NCBI GenBank assembly: GCA_963668025.2
Contig: CAXXTH010000017.1
Coordinates: forward strand, 1,504,001 to 1,568,000
DNA: 64,000 nucleotides
Source of the DNA: Candidatus Hydrogenedentota bacterium
GTDB taxonomy: Bacteria > Hydrogenedentota > Hydrogenedentia > Hydrogenedentales > SLHB01
Reading direction: 5' to 3'
Shown here piece after piece: positions 9,065 to 18,264 of this stretch. The number at the start of each line of letters is the position of its first letter. Positions within the stretch are counted from its first letter, which is position 1. The position numbers were made by a program, and so were the translations under genes. The notes beneath the pieces were generated by a model, which was not told the origin of the DNA, ran no database searches, and saw only the letters and a program-made list of their open reading frames with translations.

Positions 9065-10477
9065 ATGCCTAAGAAAGAAGTGGATCTCGTTGCCAAGATT
9101 TATACACTCAAAGTGGTTCTCGCTGAATCAGAGCCGGTTATCTGGCGGCGGCTTCAAATACCGGGCCAAGCGACATTGAGGGGTTTACATCTAGCTTTGC
9201 AGATCAGCATGGGCTGGACTGAAAGCCATATGCATGATTTCCGCATTGGAAATGAATGCTATACGTCTATTCAAAATGATGGATTCGCACAGGACCAGGA
9301 GAAAGATGAGCGCCAGTTCAGATTGTTTGATGTTCTTAAGCATAAAGGAGCTCGTTTTTATTATACCTATGATTTTGGCGATGACTGGGCTCACGAGATC
9401 GTCGTGGAAGATATAAGCGATTGGAAACCAGGCGTCCAGTATCCTCGGTGCATTGATGGCGAGCGCCAATGCCCGCCAGAGGATTGTGGCGGTATAGGCG
9501 GTTATTACAACATACTGGAGATACTGCAGAATCCTTCGGATAGCGAATATGAAATGTATAAAGAATGGTTTCCATCTGGCTTTGTGCCGGAGCACTTCGA
9601 TGTGGCGCAAGTAAACCGGGTATTCGACAGGTTCGGAGAATTGTGCTTGGCGGCGGAAAGCGAGGGCGATTTTACTGAACCGGACGAAGAATGGAAAAGC
9701 ATGGGCTACGAGGAGCCGGTATGCCGCTTGCTCACGCTGGGCTATCCAAATCAACCAATGGATTACACCATTTTTGGCATTGGGGCCGAGCACATTCCTG
9801 GCCTGATCAGAATGGTCCAAGATATGGAATTGCATCATGCGGAACAGGAGAGCCCCTTGGTTTGGGCCCCTGTTCATGCATGGCGAGTGCTTGCCCAATT
9901 GCGGGCGGTGGAAGCCATAGAGCCATTGGCGGGACTGTTGCGCCTTGTCGATGATGAAAGTGATGATTGGGCAAGCAGTGAGCTCCCGGATGTTTTTGGT
10001 GAAATAGGCCCTGAAGCAATACCTGTGTTGTCCGCTTATATGCGGGACGCATTAAACGGGCTTTTCGCCCGGTGTTCCGCTATTACGAGTATTAGCTCCA
10101 TCGCTCAAAGACACCCGGAAACCCGGGATGTGTGCGTAGCGGAGCTTACTGAAAACCTAGACCGTTTCGCTGAACACGACGCCACTTTAAATGCCATTTT
10201 GATTTTAGAATTGGTCAATCTTGATGCTGCGGAATCCGCGCCTGTCATGGAGCGCGCATTTGCCGCGGACGCGGTGGACGAGTGCATTTTAGGCGATTGG
10301 GAAGACGTGCGGATTGAGCTTGGCCTGCTACAAGAGCGAATCACTAAAAAGCCAAGAAGATACGGGTTTGCCCATTCCACTAACGCGGCCTTAACGCCTC
10401 CAGGCAAGAAACAACAGAAAGATAAGAAGAAACGGAAAAACCAGGAAAAATCCAGACGAAAAAACCGCAAAAAGTAA
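9065..10477 (+). CDS. pRiA4b ORF-3 family domain fused to DUF1186-like HEAT domain
   Basis: IWRRLQIP, LHLALQISMGWTESHMHDF, YTYDFGDDWAHEI, PPEDCGGIGGY; then WAPVHAWRVLAQLRAVEAI and a Lys-rich tail. Confidence 0.8.
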   Translation: MPKKEVDLVAKIYTLKVVLAESEPVIWRRLQIPGQATLRGLHLALQISMGWTESHMHDFRIGNECYTSIQNDGFAQDQEKDERQFRLFDVLKHKGARFYYTYDFGDDWAHEIVVEDISDWKPGVQYPRCIDGERQCPPEDCGGIGGYYNILEILQNPSDSEYEMYKEWFPSGFVPEHFDVAQVNRVFDRFGELCLAAESEGDFTEPDEEWKSMGYEEPVCRLLTLGYPNQPMDYTIFGIGAEHIPGLIRMVQDMELHHAEQESPLVWAPVHAWRVLAQLRAVEAIEPLAGLLRLVDDESDDWASSELPDVFGEIGPEAIPVLSAYMRDALNGLFARCSAITSISSIAQRHPETRDVCVAELTENLDRFAEHDATLNAILILELVNLDAAESAPVMERAFAADAVDECILGDWEDVRIELGLLQERITKKPRRYGFAHSTNAALTPPGKKQQKDKKKRKNQEKSRRKNRKK

Positions 10478-10483
10478 TTATTC

Positions 10484-10506
10484 GTAACACGTTAGCCGAC
10501 TGAAGT
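10484..10506. mobile_element. Orphan IS66-type terminal sequence (relic)
   Basis: GTAACACGTTAGCCGACTGAAGT matches 22/23 nt of the IS66 end at 20910-20932. Confidence 0.65.
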
Positions 10507-10574
10507 AGCATCTGATATTTGGCCGCCTTGTTTATTATTTTGCGCCGGTATTGATACATCATTTTGCGTCTGAC

Positions 10575-10644
10575 GACCGACGAGGGCGTCGGTCCCACAC
10601 TTTTTAAAGTAATCCCAGTGTGGGACCGGCGCCCTAGCCGGTCA
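10575..10644. repeat. Inverted pair of GTGG-type REPs
   Basis: GACCGACGAGGGCGTCGGTCCCACAC ... GTGTGGGACCGGCGCCCTAGCCGGTC. Confidence 0.65.
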
Positions 10645-10846
10645 TTCTTCACCACTTAGACAAAGTGGTACAAAAAATCTTGTAATATATTTCACGCGAA
10701 GCCGCAAAGAATATTATGCGCGCCTGTTTCAAAATCGATCGCATACTGTTCCATATTAAGATCTAGTTCCTGCCCCCAAGTAAAGCGTTCCATGCGGTTT
10801 GCTTATAACTCTTTTTATATCAGCAATTTGTGCGGATTAACTATTC

Positions 10847-10862
10847 TGGCACGGGCTATGCT
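10847..10862 (+). promoter_or_regulatory. Sigma-54 (-24/-12) promoter of the hsp20 pair
   Basis: TGGCACGGGCTATGCT (GG-N10-GC; consensus TGGCACG-N4-TTGC). Confidence 0.7.
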
Positions 10863-10941
10863 TTTCTCATGGCATGAGTCGATTTTATGGAAACACGGCG
10901 TGTTTGGCGCGCCAGGAAGATGAATGAAGGAGGTTGGAAAC

Positions 10942-11409
10942 ATGATGACTTCAACATGGAATCCGTTCCGGGAATTGGATGCGTTGCGGCGTGAAGTCGA
11001 GCGTGCGTTCGAGAGTTTCGGCGTGGCTGCTCCTCGAGGGCGGTTCCGCACGGCGTTCCTGCCGGGCTTGGCGGCCCGGGCCTATCCGCTGCTCAACATG
11101 AGTGAAGACGCGGAAAACATCTACGTGGACGCCCTTGCGCCGGGGCTTGAACCGGAGAAGCTCGAAGTATCGGTGGTGCGCAATACGTTGCGCATCGCGG
11201 GTGAGAAACAGGCGCTTTCAGGCGACATCAAGGCTGAAGCGTTCCACCGCAATGAGCGCAGTGCGGGCGCATTCGTGCGGACCATTGAACTGCCCACGGA
11301 TGTAGACGCCGGGAAAGTGGCGGCGGATTACAAGAATGGCCTGTTATCCATTCGCCTGCCCAAGGCTGAACAAGCGAAACCGAAACAAATCAGCGTGAAG
11401 GTGAATTAA
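10942..11409 (+). CDS. Hsp20/alpha-crystallin small heat shock protein
   Basis: YPLLNMSED...APGL...ERSAGAFVRTIELP...YKNGLLSIRLPK; AGGAGG RBS. Confidence 0.93.
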   Translation: MMTSTWNPFRELDALRREVERAFESFGVAAPRGRFRTAFLPGLAARAYPLLNMSEDAENIYVDALAPGLEPEKLEVSVVRNTLRIAGEKQALSGDIKAEAFHRNERSAGAFVRTIELPTDVDAGKVAADYKNGLLSIRLPKAEQAKPKQISVKVN

Positions 11410-11443
11410 CAGCGGCCCAAGCGGCCCTTCTTCTAGGAGGTGT

Positions 11444-11836
11444 ATGGACATGAAAGAGACAACGGTTCCCGTAAAGCAAGAGCAGCAAGTGCCCGATACC
11501 CGTGAAGAAACGCGCACAGTGCTTCCTCCCGTGGACATATTCGAGATAAATGACGTGCTTGCGGTGGTGGCGGATCTGCCTGGCGTCGAGAAAGACGGCG
11601 TCGAACTGCGGATCGAGGATGATGTGCTCACTATCAAGGGCACGCCCAAGGCGGCCGTGGCGGGTGAAGCGCTCTACAGTGAATTCGAGCTGGCCCCCTA
11701 TTTCCGGCAGTTCCAACTGGGCGAGCAAGTGGATCGCGATAAGATCCAGGCAGAGATGAAACATGGCGTCTTGACCATCCGGCTGCCAAAAGTGGAGCAA
11801 GCCAAGCCCAAACGTATCGAGGTCAAGGTCGGGTAA
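11444..11836 (+). CDS. Hsp20/alpha-crystallin small heat shock protein
   Basis: PPVDIFE...ADLPGV...YFRQFQL...MKHGVLTIRLPK. Confidence 0.93.
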   Translation: MDMKETTVPVKQEQQVPDTREETRTVLPPVDIFEINDVLAVVADLPGVEKDGVELRIEDDVLTIKGTPKAAVAGEALYSEFELAPYFRQFQLGEQVDRDKIQAEMKHGVLTIRLPKVEQAKPKRIEVKVG

Positions 11837-11856
11837 CGAGAAACCATCGGAGTGAT

Positions 11857-11890
11857 AAAAGCCCCTTCAGCAATGGAGGAGCTTTTTTTT
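11857..11890 (+). terminator. Rho-independent terminator
   Basis: AAAAGCCCCTTC-loop-GGAGGAGC followed by T8. Confidence 0.65.
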
Positions 11891-11929
11891 ATGAATCGCC
11901 GGTTAAGCGGAGATAGGTATGCACTTCTC

Positions 11930-11977
11930 GTGGTATGGCCGTCCCGGCCAGGCGCATGGGCGGGACGCCCATGCTAC
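11930..11977. repeat. Inverted REP doublet (REPIN-like)
   Basis: GTGGTATGGCCGTCCCGGCCA...CATGGGCGGGACGCCCATGCTAC. Confidence 0.7.
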
Positions 11978-12080
11978 GGGATCTCACCAAATAGATGATG
12001 GGGATTATGACGGCGCTAAGGAACTTCCTAGGAATTCAGGATATTCTTGTATATATAAAACTCAAACCATGTGGAGGGGA

Positions 12081-13718
12081 ATGCGCATGTGTCGACGGCA
12101 GTTGCTTCTGGGCGGATTCATGATGCAGGCGTTCAGTATCTGCGTTGCGCAGGCATTGCCCCCGGGGTTCGTGGAAGGGGATGTGGTGAGTCATTCCTAT
12201 GTGACCAACCATTCATGGACGTGCGAGGAAGGGATGGACATTTGCCCTTATCTAGTGGAATATGGCCACATCGCTTCGTGCCTGCGCTTATTCAACGATG
12301 TGGCGTACCGGCAATTCGCCGCGCTCAACCCAGTGGAAGACAAGTCAGGCGAAGTCGAACTGGGTATTTCGTCGGATGGACGGTTTTTCACAACAAATGG
12401 CCAGCCCGTTTTTTTACAGGGCATGAGCTATTACGGCGCACTAGGCATCGAGAATCCACAGGAACTTGAGGATGACCTCAAGGATATGGCCGCCGATGGC
12501 TTCAACTGGATTCGCGTCTGGGCGTATTGGCGTTTCCCCAATGAGGGAGGTGAGGATGTATCCGCCCTGACGCACGATGGCCAAGTGCGTGAGCCGTATA
12601 TGCATCGCCTGAAAGCGCTTCTTACGGCATGCAACAAGCGCGGGATGATTGTCGATGTCACGATTCCATTCCATGCAGAAGGTGAAGCGCCTGGTCCGCG
12701 CACGCACGCCGGGCATCTGGCGTCGGTCCGCGCCTTGGCTACAGCACTCGCGCCGTGGCGCAATGCTTATTTTGATATCGCCAATGAGCGGGATGTCCGG
12801 GACGAACGGTATGTGAGCCTCGAGGATATTGGACGCCTGATGGGTGCGATTAAAGTGATTGATTCCCGCCGCGTAGGCACGGCATCGGGATATCCTGGAT
12901 CACGCGAGGAACTGGCGGATTATCTGCGTATCGGCAAGGTGGATTTTATCGCGCCGCACCTGGGGCGAGGCGAAGGAAGCGCCGCCAAGACATATGGCGA
13001 AGTGCGCCAGTTGATTGGCTGGATGGAGGAGCTCGGTTGCCGGGTTCCTATTCACTTGCAAGAACCCTTCCGGCGGGGCTATGCGCAATACGAGCCCACG
13101 GTGGATGATTTTATCCGGGATTGCAGCGGGGCGAAACTCGCGGAAGCCGCTGGCTGGTGTCTTCATAATGGGGCCGATGGGAACACCGATGATCGCCGCC
13201 CATGGCGCAGTTTCAACATGAGTAAAGAACGGCTATATCCGCAACTAGACGGCGTGGAACGGATAGCTGCGAAGAGCATCACGGACGCCATTTCGGGTGT
13301 TGGCTTCGAACAGCGCCGTTATCAGGCAGAGTATCCCGAGCAATTGCCCCATGTGATCGGCGAGCGGGCCGATGGCGGTTGGACCGTTGAAAGTGGTGAA
13401 GGTTTTATGAATTATGGGCCTTACATCCAAACGCTTCCCGCTGGAAATCATCTGGCCCGGTGGCGCTTGAAACTGGATGGAAAGGCCGCCTCGAGTGATA
13501 GGGCTTTTACGATTGACGTGGCCAAGAATGCGGGCAAAACCGTGCTGGCTTCCCGGTCCATCCGGCCCCAGGATTTCGAATCGGCTGGCCGCTGGGTGGA
13601 GTTCGAGCTTCCTTTCACCAGTGAGCGGGGCGATGCGCTGGAATTTTGGACCTATTGGCATGGAGCGGGCGCGGGCAGCATGGACTGGATCTCCGTGGAA
13701 ATACAGCATGCGCCTTAA
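12081..13718 (+). CDS. Secreted clan GH-A (GH5-like) glycoside hydrolase with C-terminal CBM-like domain
   Basis: Signal peptide; FFTTNGQPVFLQG, GFNWIRVW, IANE (acid/base), LQEP (nucleophile); C-terminal YGPY...beta-sandwich. Confidence 0.65.
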   Translation: MRMCRRQLLLGGFMMQAFSICVAQALPPGFVEGDVVSHSYVTNHSWTCEEGMDICPYLVEYGHIASCLRLFNDVAYRQFAALNPVEDKSGEVELGISSDGRFFTTNGQPVFLQGMSYYGALGIENPQELEDDLKDMAADGFNWIRVWAYWRFPNEGGEDVSALTHDGQVREPYMHRLKALLTACNKRGMIVDVTIPFHAEGEAPGPRTHAGHLASVRALATALAPWRNAYFDIANERDVRDERYVSLEDIGRLMGAIKVIDSRRVGTASGYPGSREELADYLRIGKVDFIAPHLGRGEGSAAKTYGEVRQLIGWMEELGCRVPIHLQEPFRRGYAQYEPTVDDFIRDCSGAKLAEAAGWCLHNGADGNTDDRRPWRSFNMSKERLYPQLDGVERIAAKSITDAISGVGFEQRRYQAEYPEQLPHVIGERADGGWTVESGEGFMNYGPYIQTLPAGNHLARWRLKLDGKAASSDRAFTIDVAKNAGKTVLASRSIRPQDFESAGRWVEFELPFTSERGDALEFWTYWHGAGAGSMDWISVEIQHAP

Positions 13719-13994
13719 TAGGCATGAGTGTATACAGTTTTTTTCCCCGCGGATGATGCGGGTAAGCGCGGAGGAAAAGGGACAAGACAGATTCATTTCG
13801 CAGTTTAACTGCTTGCTCATACATTTTTGCTAAGCTTATCTGTGAATGGATTGAAGAAATGCCTTCAAAGATATCATGCAATATTGAATGAAGAATCAAG
13901 AGCGGGCGCTGTTATATAGTTTCGCTTGGTGGTAGGATTGCTAAAATGACGGTATGGCTTGGGATTACGCCCAGTGCTGGCGGCGAGGAGATTA

Positions 13995-15560
13995 ATGGTG
14001 AGCAAGAAAAAGCATATTGATTGGATACGGCGTGTTCTTTGTGCAGTTTTAGCTGCTGGCTGCGTGCTGGCATTTATACCCGAAGGGACGGCATGGGCGC
14101 AGCCGGCTTCCCCGTCTGCAGGGACTGCATGCGCTGATTCCTGTAACGCGGCTTGCCCCGCGCCTTCCGCGAAGCACATCATTTTGTTTATTAGCGACGG
14201 CGTGCAGCTCGAATCTGAGATTGCCGCGAGCCGGTATTTATATGGCGCGGACCGGGCATTGTCCTATCATCGGTTCACGACGCAGACTTTTGTGTCCACA
14301 TGGGATGTGACATCGTATAACCGCTATGCATCCTGGATGAAGATGCAGCCATATGATCCAGCGAGTTTCGAGCCTTATGTCGGGTATAAGCCCGAGTTGG
14401 GAGGCTCGGCCCCATATCCCCTGCAAGATAATACGCTGGATTCCTACTTTCTCAATCCGATAGACGGCAAAACGCCCGCCACGGATTCGGCCTCATCGGC
14501 GACGGCCATGGCGACGGGACATAAGACAGACGACGGCAATATTGATTGGGTATTTGGTGATCCGTCGGATGGCGCGCTGGAGAATATCGGCGAACTCATG
14601 CGACGAGAAAAAGGCGCGGTATTCGCCACGACGAGCACGGTCCCGTTTGATCATGCCACTCCGGCTGCATTTGGCGCGCATGGCGCGGATCGGGGCTCTT
14701 ATACGGAATTAGGCGATGACATGCTGCTCAAGGTGCAGCCGGATGTGGTGATTGGCGGCGGGAATCCTCATTTCTTGCCGAAAGCGCCGGATTACCAATA
14801 CATTAAGCAAGAGACCTACGATTCCATTAAGTCCGGTGCGACCTCATATGTGATGGCGGAGCGCACGGCCGGTAAAAAGGGCGAGGATATACTGAAGGCG
14901 GCCTTCAGCAAGGCTAAGTCTAGGAAGAAAAAAGTGTTCGGCCTTTTCGGAGGCGCGGGCAGCAATTTCGAGTATCCGGTTGCAGATGGGGCGGGCGTGG
15001 TGCGGCGTGGTTCGGAGGAGAATCCGCTGCTGAAGGATGTGGCCGCGCAGACGCTTGACTACCTGCGGGCGCGTGAGCAAGGCCATGGTTTTTTTGCGCT
15101 GTTCGAGCAAGGCGATACGGATTGGGCGAACCACTCCAATGATTTCGCGCATCTGATCGGCTCGATGTGGGATTTTGACGAAGCAGTGCAAGCTGCTGTG
15201 GCGTTTGTGGACGAGCCGGGCGATGGCATCGACTGGACGAATACGCTGCTGATCGTCACGGCGGACCATGCGAACAGTTATTTGCGGTTGTTGAAGCCTC
15301 TTGGAAAAGGCGGGCTCCCGGAGCAGGTGTCCTCGGAAACGCCAGAGAACGCGACGGGAAAATTCTCGTATCCCGATGGAAGCGTGCGCTATAAAACGGG
15401 CGGGCATACGAACGAGCTGGTGACGCTCTACGCGAAAGGCGACGCGGCGGCGTTGTTCCATCGCTATGAGGGCGCGTGGTATCCTGGCACGAAGATCATC
15501 GACAACACCCAGATTTTCCAAGTCATGGCGCAGGCGGCCCAAGTAGGCCACATTCGTTAG
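13995..15560 (+). CDS. Alkaline phosphatase
   Basis: IILFISDG, TDSASSATAMATGHKT (catalytic Ser), HATPAAF, EQGDTDWANH, VTADH, GHT motifs; signal peptide. Confidence 0.92.
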   Translation: MVSKKKHIDWIRRVLCAVLAAGCVLAFIPEGTAWAQPASPSAGTACADSCNAACPAPSAKHIILFISDGVQLESEIAASRYLYGADRALSYHRFTTQTFVSTWDVTSYNRYASWMKMQPYDPASFEPYVGYKPELGGSAPYPLQDNTLDSYFLNPIDGKTPATDSASSATAMATGHKTDDGNIDWVFGDPSDGALENIGELMRREKGAVFATTSTVPFDHATPAAFGAHGADRGSYTELGDDMLLKVQPDVVIGGGNPHFLPKAPDYQYIKQETYDSIKSGATSYVMAERTAGKKGEDILKAAFSKAKSRKKKVFGLFGGAGSNFEYPVADGAGVVRRGSEENPLLKDVAAQTLDYLRAREQGHGFFALFEQGDTDWANHSNDFAHLIGSMWDFDEAVQAAVAFVDEPGDGIDWTNTLLIVTADHANSYLRLLKPLGKGGLPEQVSSETPENATGKFSYPDGSVRYKTGGHTNELVTLYAKGDAAALFHRYEGAWYPGTKIIDNTQIFQVMAQAAQVGHIR

Positions 15561-15573
15561 TCGCTAGGGTATC

Positions 15574-15618
15574 AGCGCCATCTCCGCAAGGACGCTTCCA
15601 CGCGGAGATGGCGTTTTT
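15574..15618 (+). terminator. Rho-independent terminator
   Basis: GCGCCATCTCCGC...GCGGAGATGGCGT followed by a T-run. Confidence 0.7.
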
Positions 15619-15744
15619 CTAGACTGTGAATGAATACCAATAAACGCCAATAGTAAAAAGTCCTTTTATGACATTTTCGGGTAATGCGCTTGGCGTGGTT
15701 GGGAAAGGCCAAAGCTTGAGGTGTCTAGGGAGAATGTGTCTGCC

Positions 15745-16686
15745 ATGTCGTCGCAAAAGATTGTCACCGTAACGCTGAATCCGGCGATTGATCAGACCGT
15801 ATACATTCCAGGCTTCGAGGCGGGGCGCGTGAACCGCGTGGCGGGGTGCGAATTCCATGCGGGCGGCAAAGGCGTGAATGTGGCGGGGTGCTTGGCCGAT
15901 CTGGGCGTCGAGGCTGTTGCCACGGGCTTTCTCGGGCGGGACAATCCGGAGCTGTTCGATGCGTTTTTCACGCCACGGAAGATCACGGACCGGTTTATCC
16001 GCATCCCGGGCCGCACGCGCACGGGCATCAAAATCGCCGATACCCAATCCGGCCAAACGACCGACATCAATTTTCCGGGTCCAAGCCTGGCTGAGGAGGA
16101 TATGCGCGCGCTGCAAGAATTGCTCGAGGAACTGGCCGGGCCAGGCCGGTGGTTTATATTCAGCGGCAGCGTGCCGCCCGGCGCGGGGGATGGAGCTTAT
16201 GCCCGTCTCATCGATGCGGTTCACGCTAGGGGGGGATGCGCGGCCTTGGATGCCAGCGGCAAGCCATTTCGTGAGGGGCTGGCGTCGCGGCCCGAACTCG
16301 TGAAGCCGAATGTGGACGAACTCGAGGAACTCCTGGGGCAAAGCCTCGATACCGTGGATTCCGTGCGGGCGGCAGGGGAGTCGCTATTGGCGCAAGGCGT
16401 GCAACTGGCGGCCATCTCGATGGGTGGCGATGGGGCGGTCTTTCTAGACGGCGAAGAGGCCCTGCGGGCTATTCCGCCCCACGTGCCCGTATGCAGCACC
16501 GTGGGCGCGGGCGACGCCATGGTGGGCGGCATGCTCTACGCCATGCATCAAGGGCATAACCTGGCGGACATCGCCCGCTACGGCACGGCCTGCGGCGCGT
16601 ATGCCGTCACGCGAACGGGCAAAGGTATCGAGGACAAGGCCGCGCTGGAAGGCTTATTGAGGCAGGTCGCGCTGGAGCGGTTATAG
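15745..16686 (+). CDS. 1-phosphofructokinase family hexose kinase (PfkB)
   Basis: TVTLNPAID, AGGKGVNVA, VKPNVDEL, STVGAGDAMVGG. Confidence 0.92.
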   Translation: MSSQKIVTVTLNPAIDQTVYIPGFEAGRVNRVAGCEFHAGGKGVNVAGCLADLGVEAVATGFLGRDNPELFDAFFTPRKITDRFIRIPGRTRTGIKIADTQSGQTTDINFPGPSLAEEDMRALQELLEELAGPGRWFIFSGSVPPGAGDGAYARLIDAVHARGGCAALDASGKPFREGLASRPELVKPNVDELEELLGQSLDTVDSVRAAGESLLAQGVQLAAISMGGDGAVFLDGEEALRAIPPHVPVCSTVGAGDAMVGGMLYAMHQGHNLADIARYGTACGAYAVTRTGKGIEDKAALEGLLRQVALERL

Positions 16687-16696
16687 CGGCTCAAGC

Positions 16697-16766
16697 GTAG
16701 CATGGGCGTCCCGCCCATGATGCGTAGGCTTTCACGCATATATCATGGGCGGGACGCCCATGCTAC
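16697..16766. repeat. REPIN: two perfect inverted GTAG REPs
   Basis: GTAGCATGGGCGTCCCGCCCATGA ... TCATGGGCGGGACGCCCATGCTAC between convergent genes. Confidence 0.85.
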
Positions 16767-16813
16767 AGACAGATGTACTCTTGTGTGAGGTGAGCTTAGA
16801 AGCATTCAACGAA

Positions 16814-17815
16814 TCACCCCTTCTCCCCACCCGCCGACACGGGAATGACCGTCTTGATGTCTTGCGACGAGCAGAGAACGAGTTCGCCCGTGGCGGGGCC
16901 GCTGGATTGGTCCGTGAAATAATCGAGCCAGACCTCTGTTCCCCACGGCTTCGTTTCCGTCCGCACTTGCAAGCCGGGCATCGTGGTCTCGGCGCTCTTG
17001 AGCGTCACGCCCGCCACGCGGGATTTCACCACCACCCGGCGCGTCACGGCGTTGCTCGATAGCATCTTCGGCAGCGTGACCTGCCACGGCGTCGCCACCA
17101 GGTCCGCCGCGATGATCCCCGTCACCTTGAGCGGGATCTCCTTCGGATCTTCCCAGTTCGTTTTCACCAGGAGCGACCGGCTGAACGGGCCGGGCGCGAT
17201 GTTCGTGTCCAGCGCCACATGGATCTGGTATTGCCCATATGGCGTTTTCTGTATCTGCTGGACTTCCGCCGCAACGTCGGACTGGGCGGCGTCCACGGTG
17301 ATCTCGAGCGGCACGTCGCCCAGCCCTTGCACCACCTCGAAATCCACCGGCCGCGCCTCGCCCTGCGGGATAAGCCCGAGCGACAATTCATCGCCCGGCT
17401 TCACATCGAGCGCCTTAATGAGTTTCAGCTTCACGAGAAACCGCACCGACGCCTGATCCGGGTCATCCGTCTTCACCAGCACATACGCCGCGTAATCCCG
17501 TTTCAGCTTCACCTCGCGCAGGTCCACCTCGATGCGCCCTTCCCCGCCCGGCGCAACCTCCGCCGTCAACACTTCCCCCTTCACGCAACCGCACGACGTT
17601 TTCGCCACCTCGGCATGCAGCGGCGCACCGCCATCATTCCGGTACGTAAGCTCGATGGCCTCCGGCACGGCGTCCATGCCCTCCCGGATCGTGAGCTCCT
17701 GCTCCAGGCTGTCCGAAGCAAACACCGGCGTGGTCACCAATTGCCCGTAGCACCATCCACACGCCAGCAAACAAGCGCCAAGCGCCATGCTACGCAAGTA
17801 AAAAGAACGCATCAT
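16814..17815 (-). CDS. DUF1573-domain secreted protein (tandem Ig-like domains)
   Basis: YRNDGGAPL...KTSCGC...VAPGGEGRIEV, VLVKTDDP; signal-like N-terminus. Confidence 0.75.
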   Translation of the reverse strand: MMRSFYLRSMALGACLLACGWCYGQLVTTPVFASDSLEQELTIREGMDAVPEAIELTYRNDGGAPLHAEVAKTSCGCVKGEVLTAEVAPGGEGRIEVDLREVKLKRDYAAYVLVKTDDPDQASVRFLVKLKLIKALDVKPGDELSLGLIPQGEARPVDFEVVQGLGDVPLEITVDAAQSDVAAEVQQIQKTPYGQYQIHVALDTNIAPGPFSRSLLVKTNWEDPKEIPLKVTGIIAADLVATPWQVTLPKMLSSNAVTRRVVVKSRVAGVTLKSAETTMPGLQVRTETKPWGTEVWLDYFTDQSSGPATGELVLCSSQDIKTVIPVSAGGEKG

Positions 17816-18264
17816 TTGCCCCCACTTCCACGGAGTTGCTATACACATCACAATAAAACCGAATATGGTTAATTGGTCTCATTCGCTTTATCGGTGGTGG
17901 AAGTTTCTGAGTTTGACTCTGCTTGCTTAGCCTTTATTGCGGCCTCTTGTTCTTCGCGGAATTTCTCAATCTGTTCTTTGAATATCTCCTCTTTCTCCTT
18001 CAAATATTCCCGCGTTTCCTCTGGCATAGGGTCGTCTAGGGAAGTAGTGATACTGAATTCATCACCGGGACCGCCTTCCAAAACACGCTGCGCATGTTTT
18101 TCATGGAAGTAGCGATGGGTTTCAAAAGCGGCCAAAAACCCGGGAACACTATCAAGAACGTCCTCATCATCGGCAAGAGAAGGATTTTCCTGTAACTCCA
18201 GCGCAATTCGCTGAACTTCTTGGAGATGCTCCCATGCCACGAGATAATAGCGGCTGTCTTTTAG

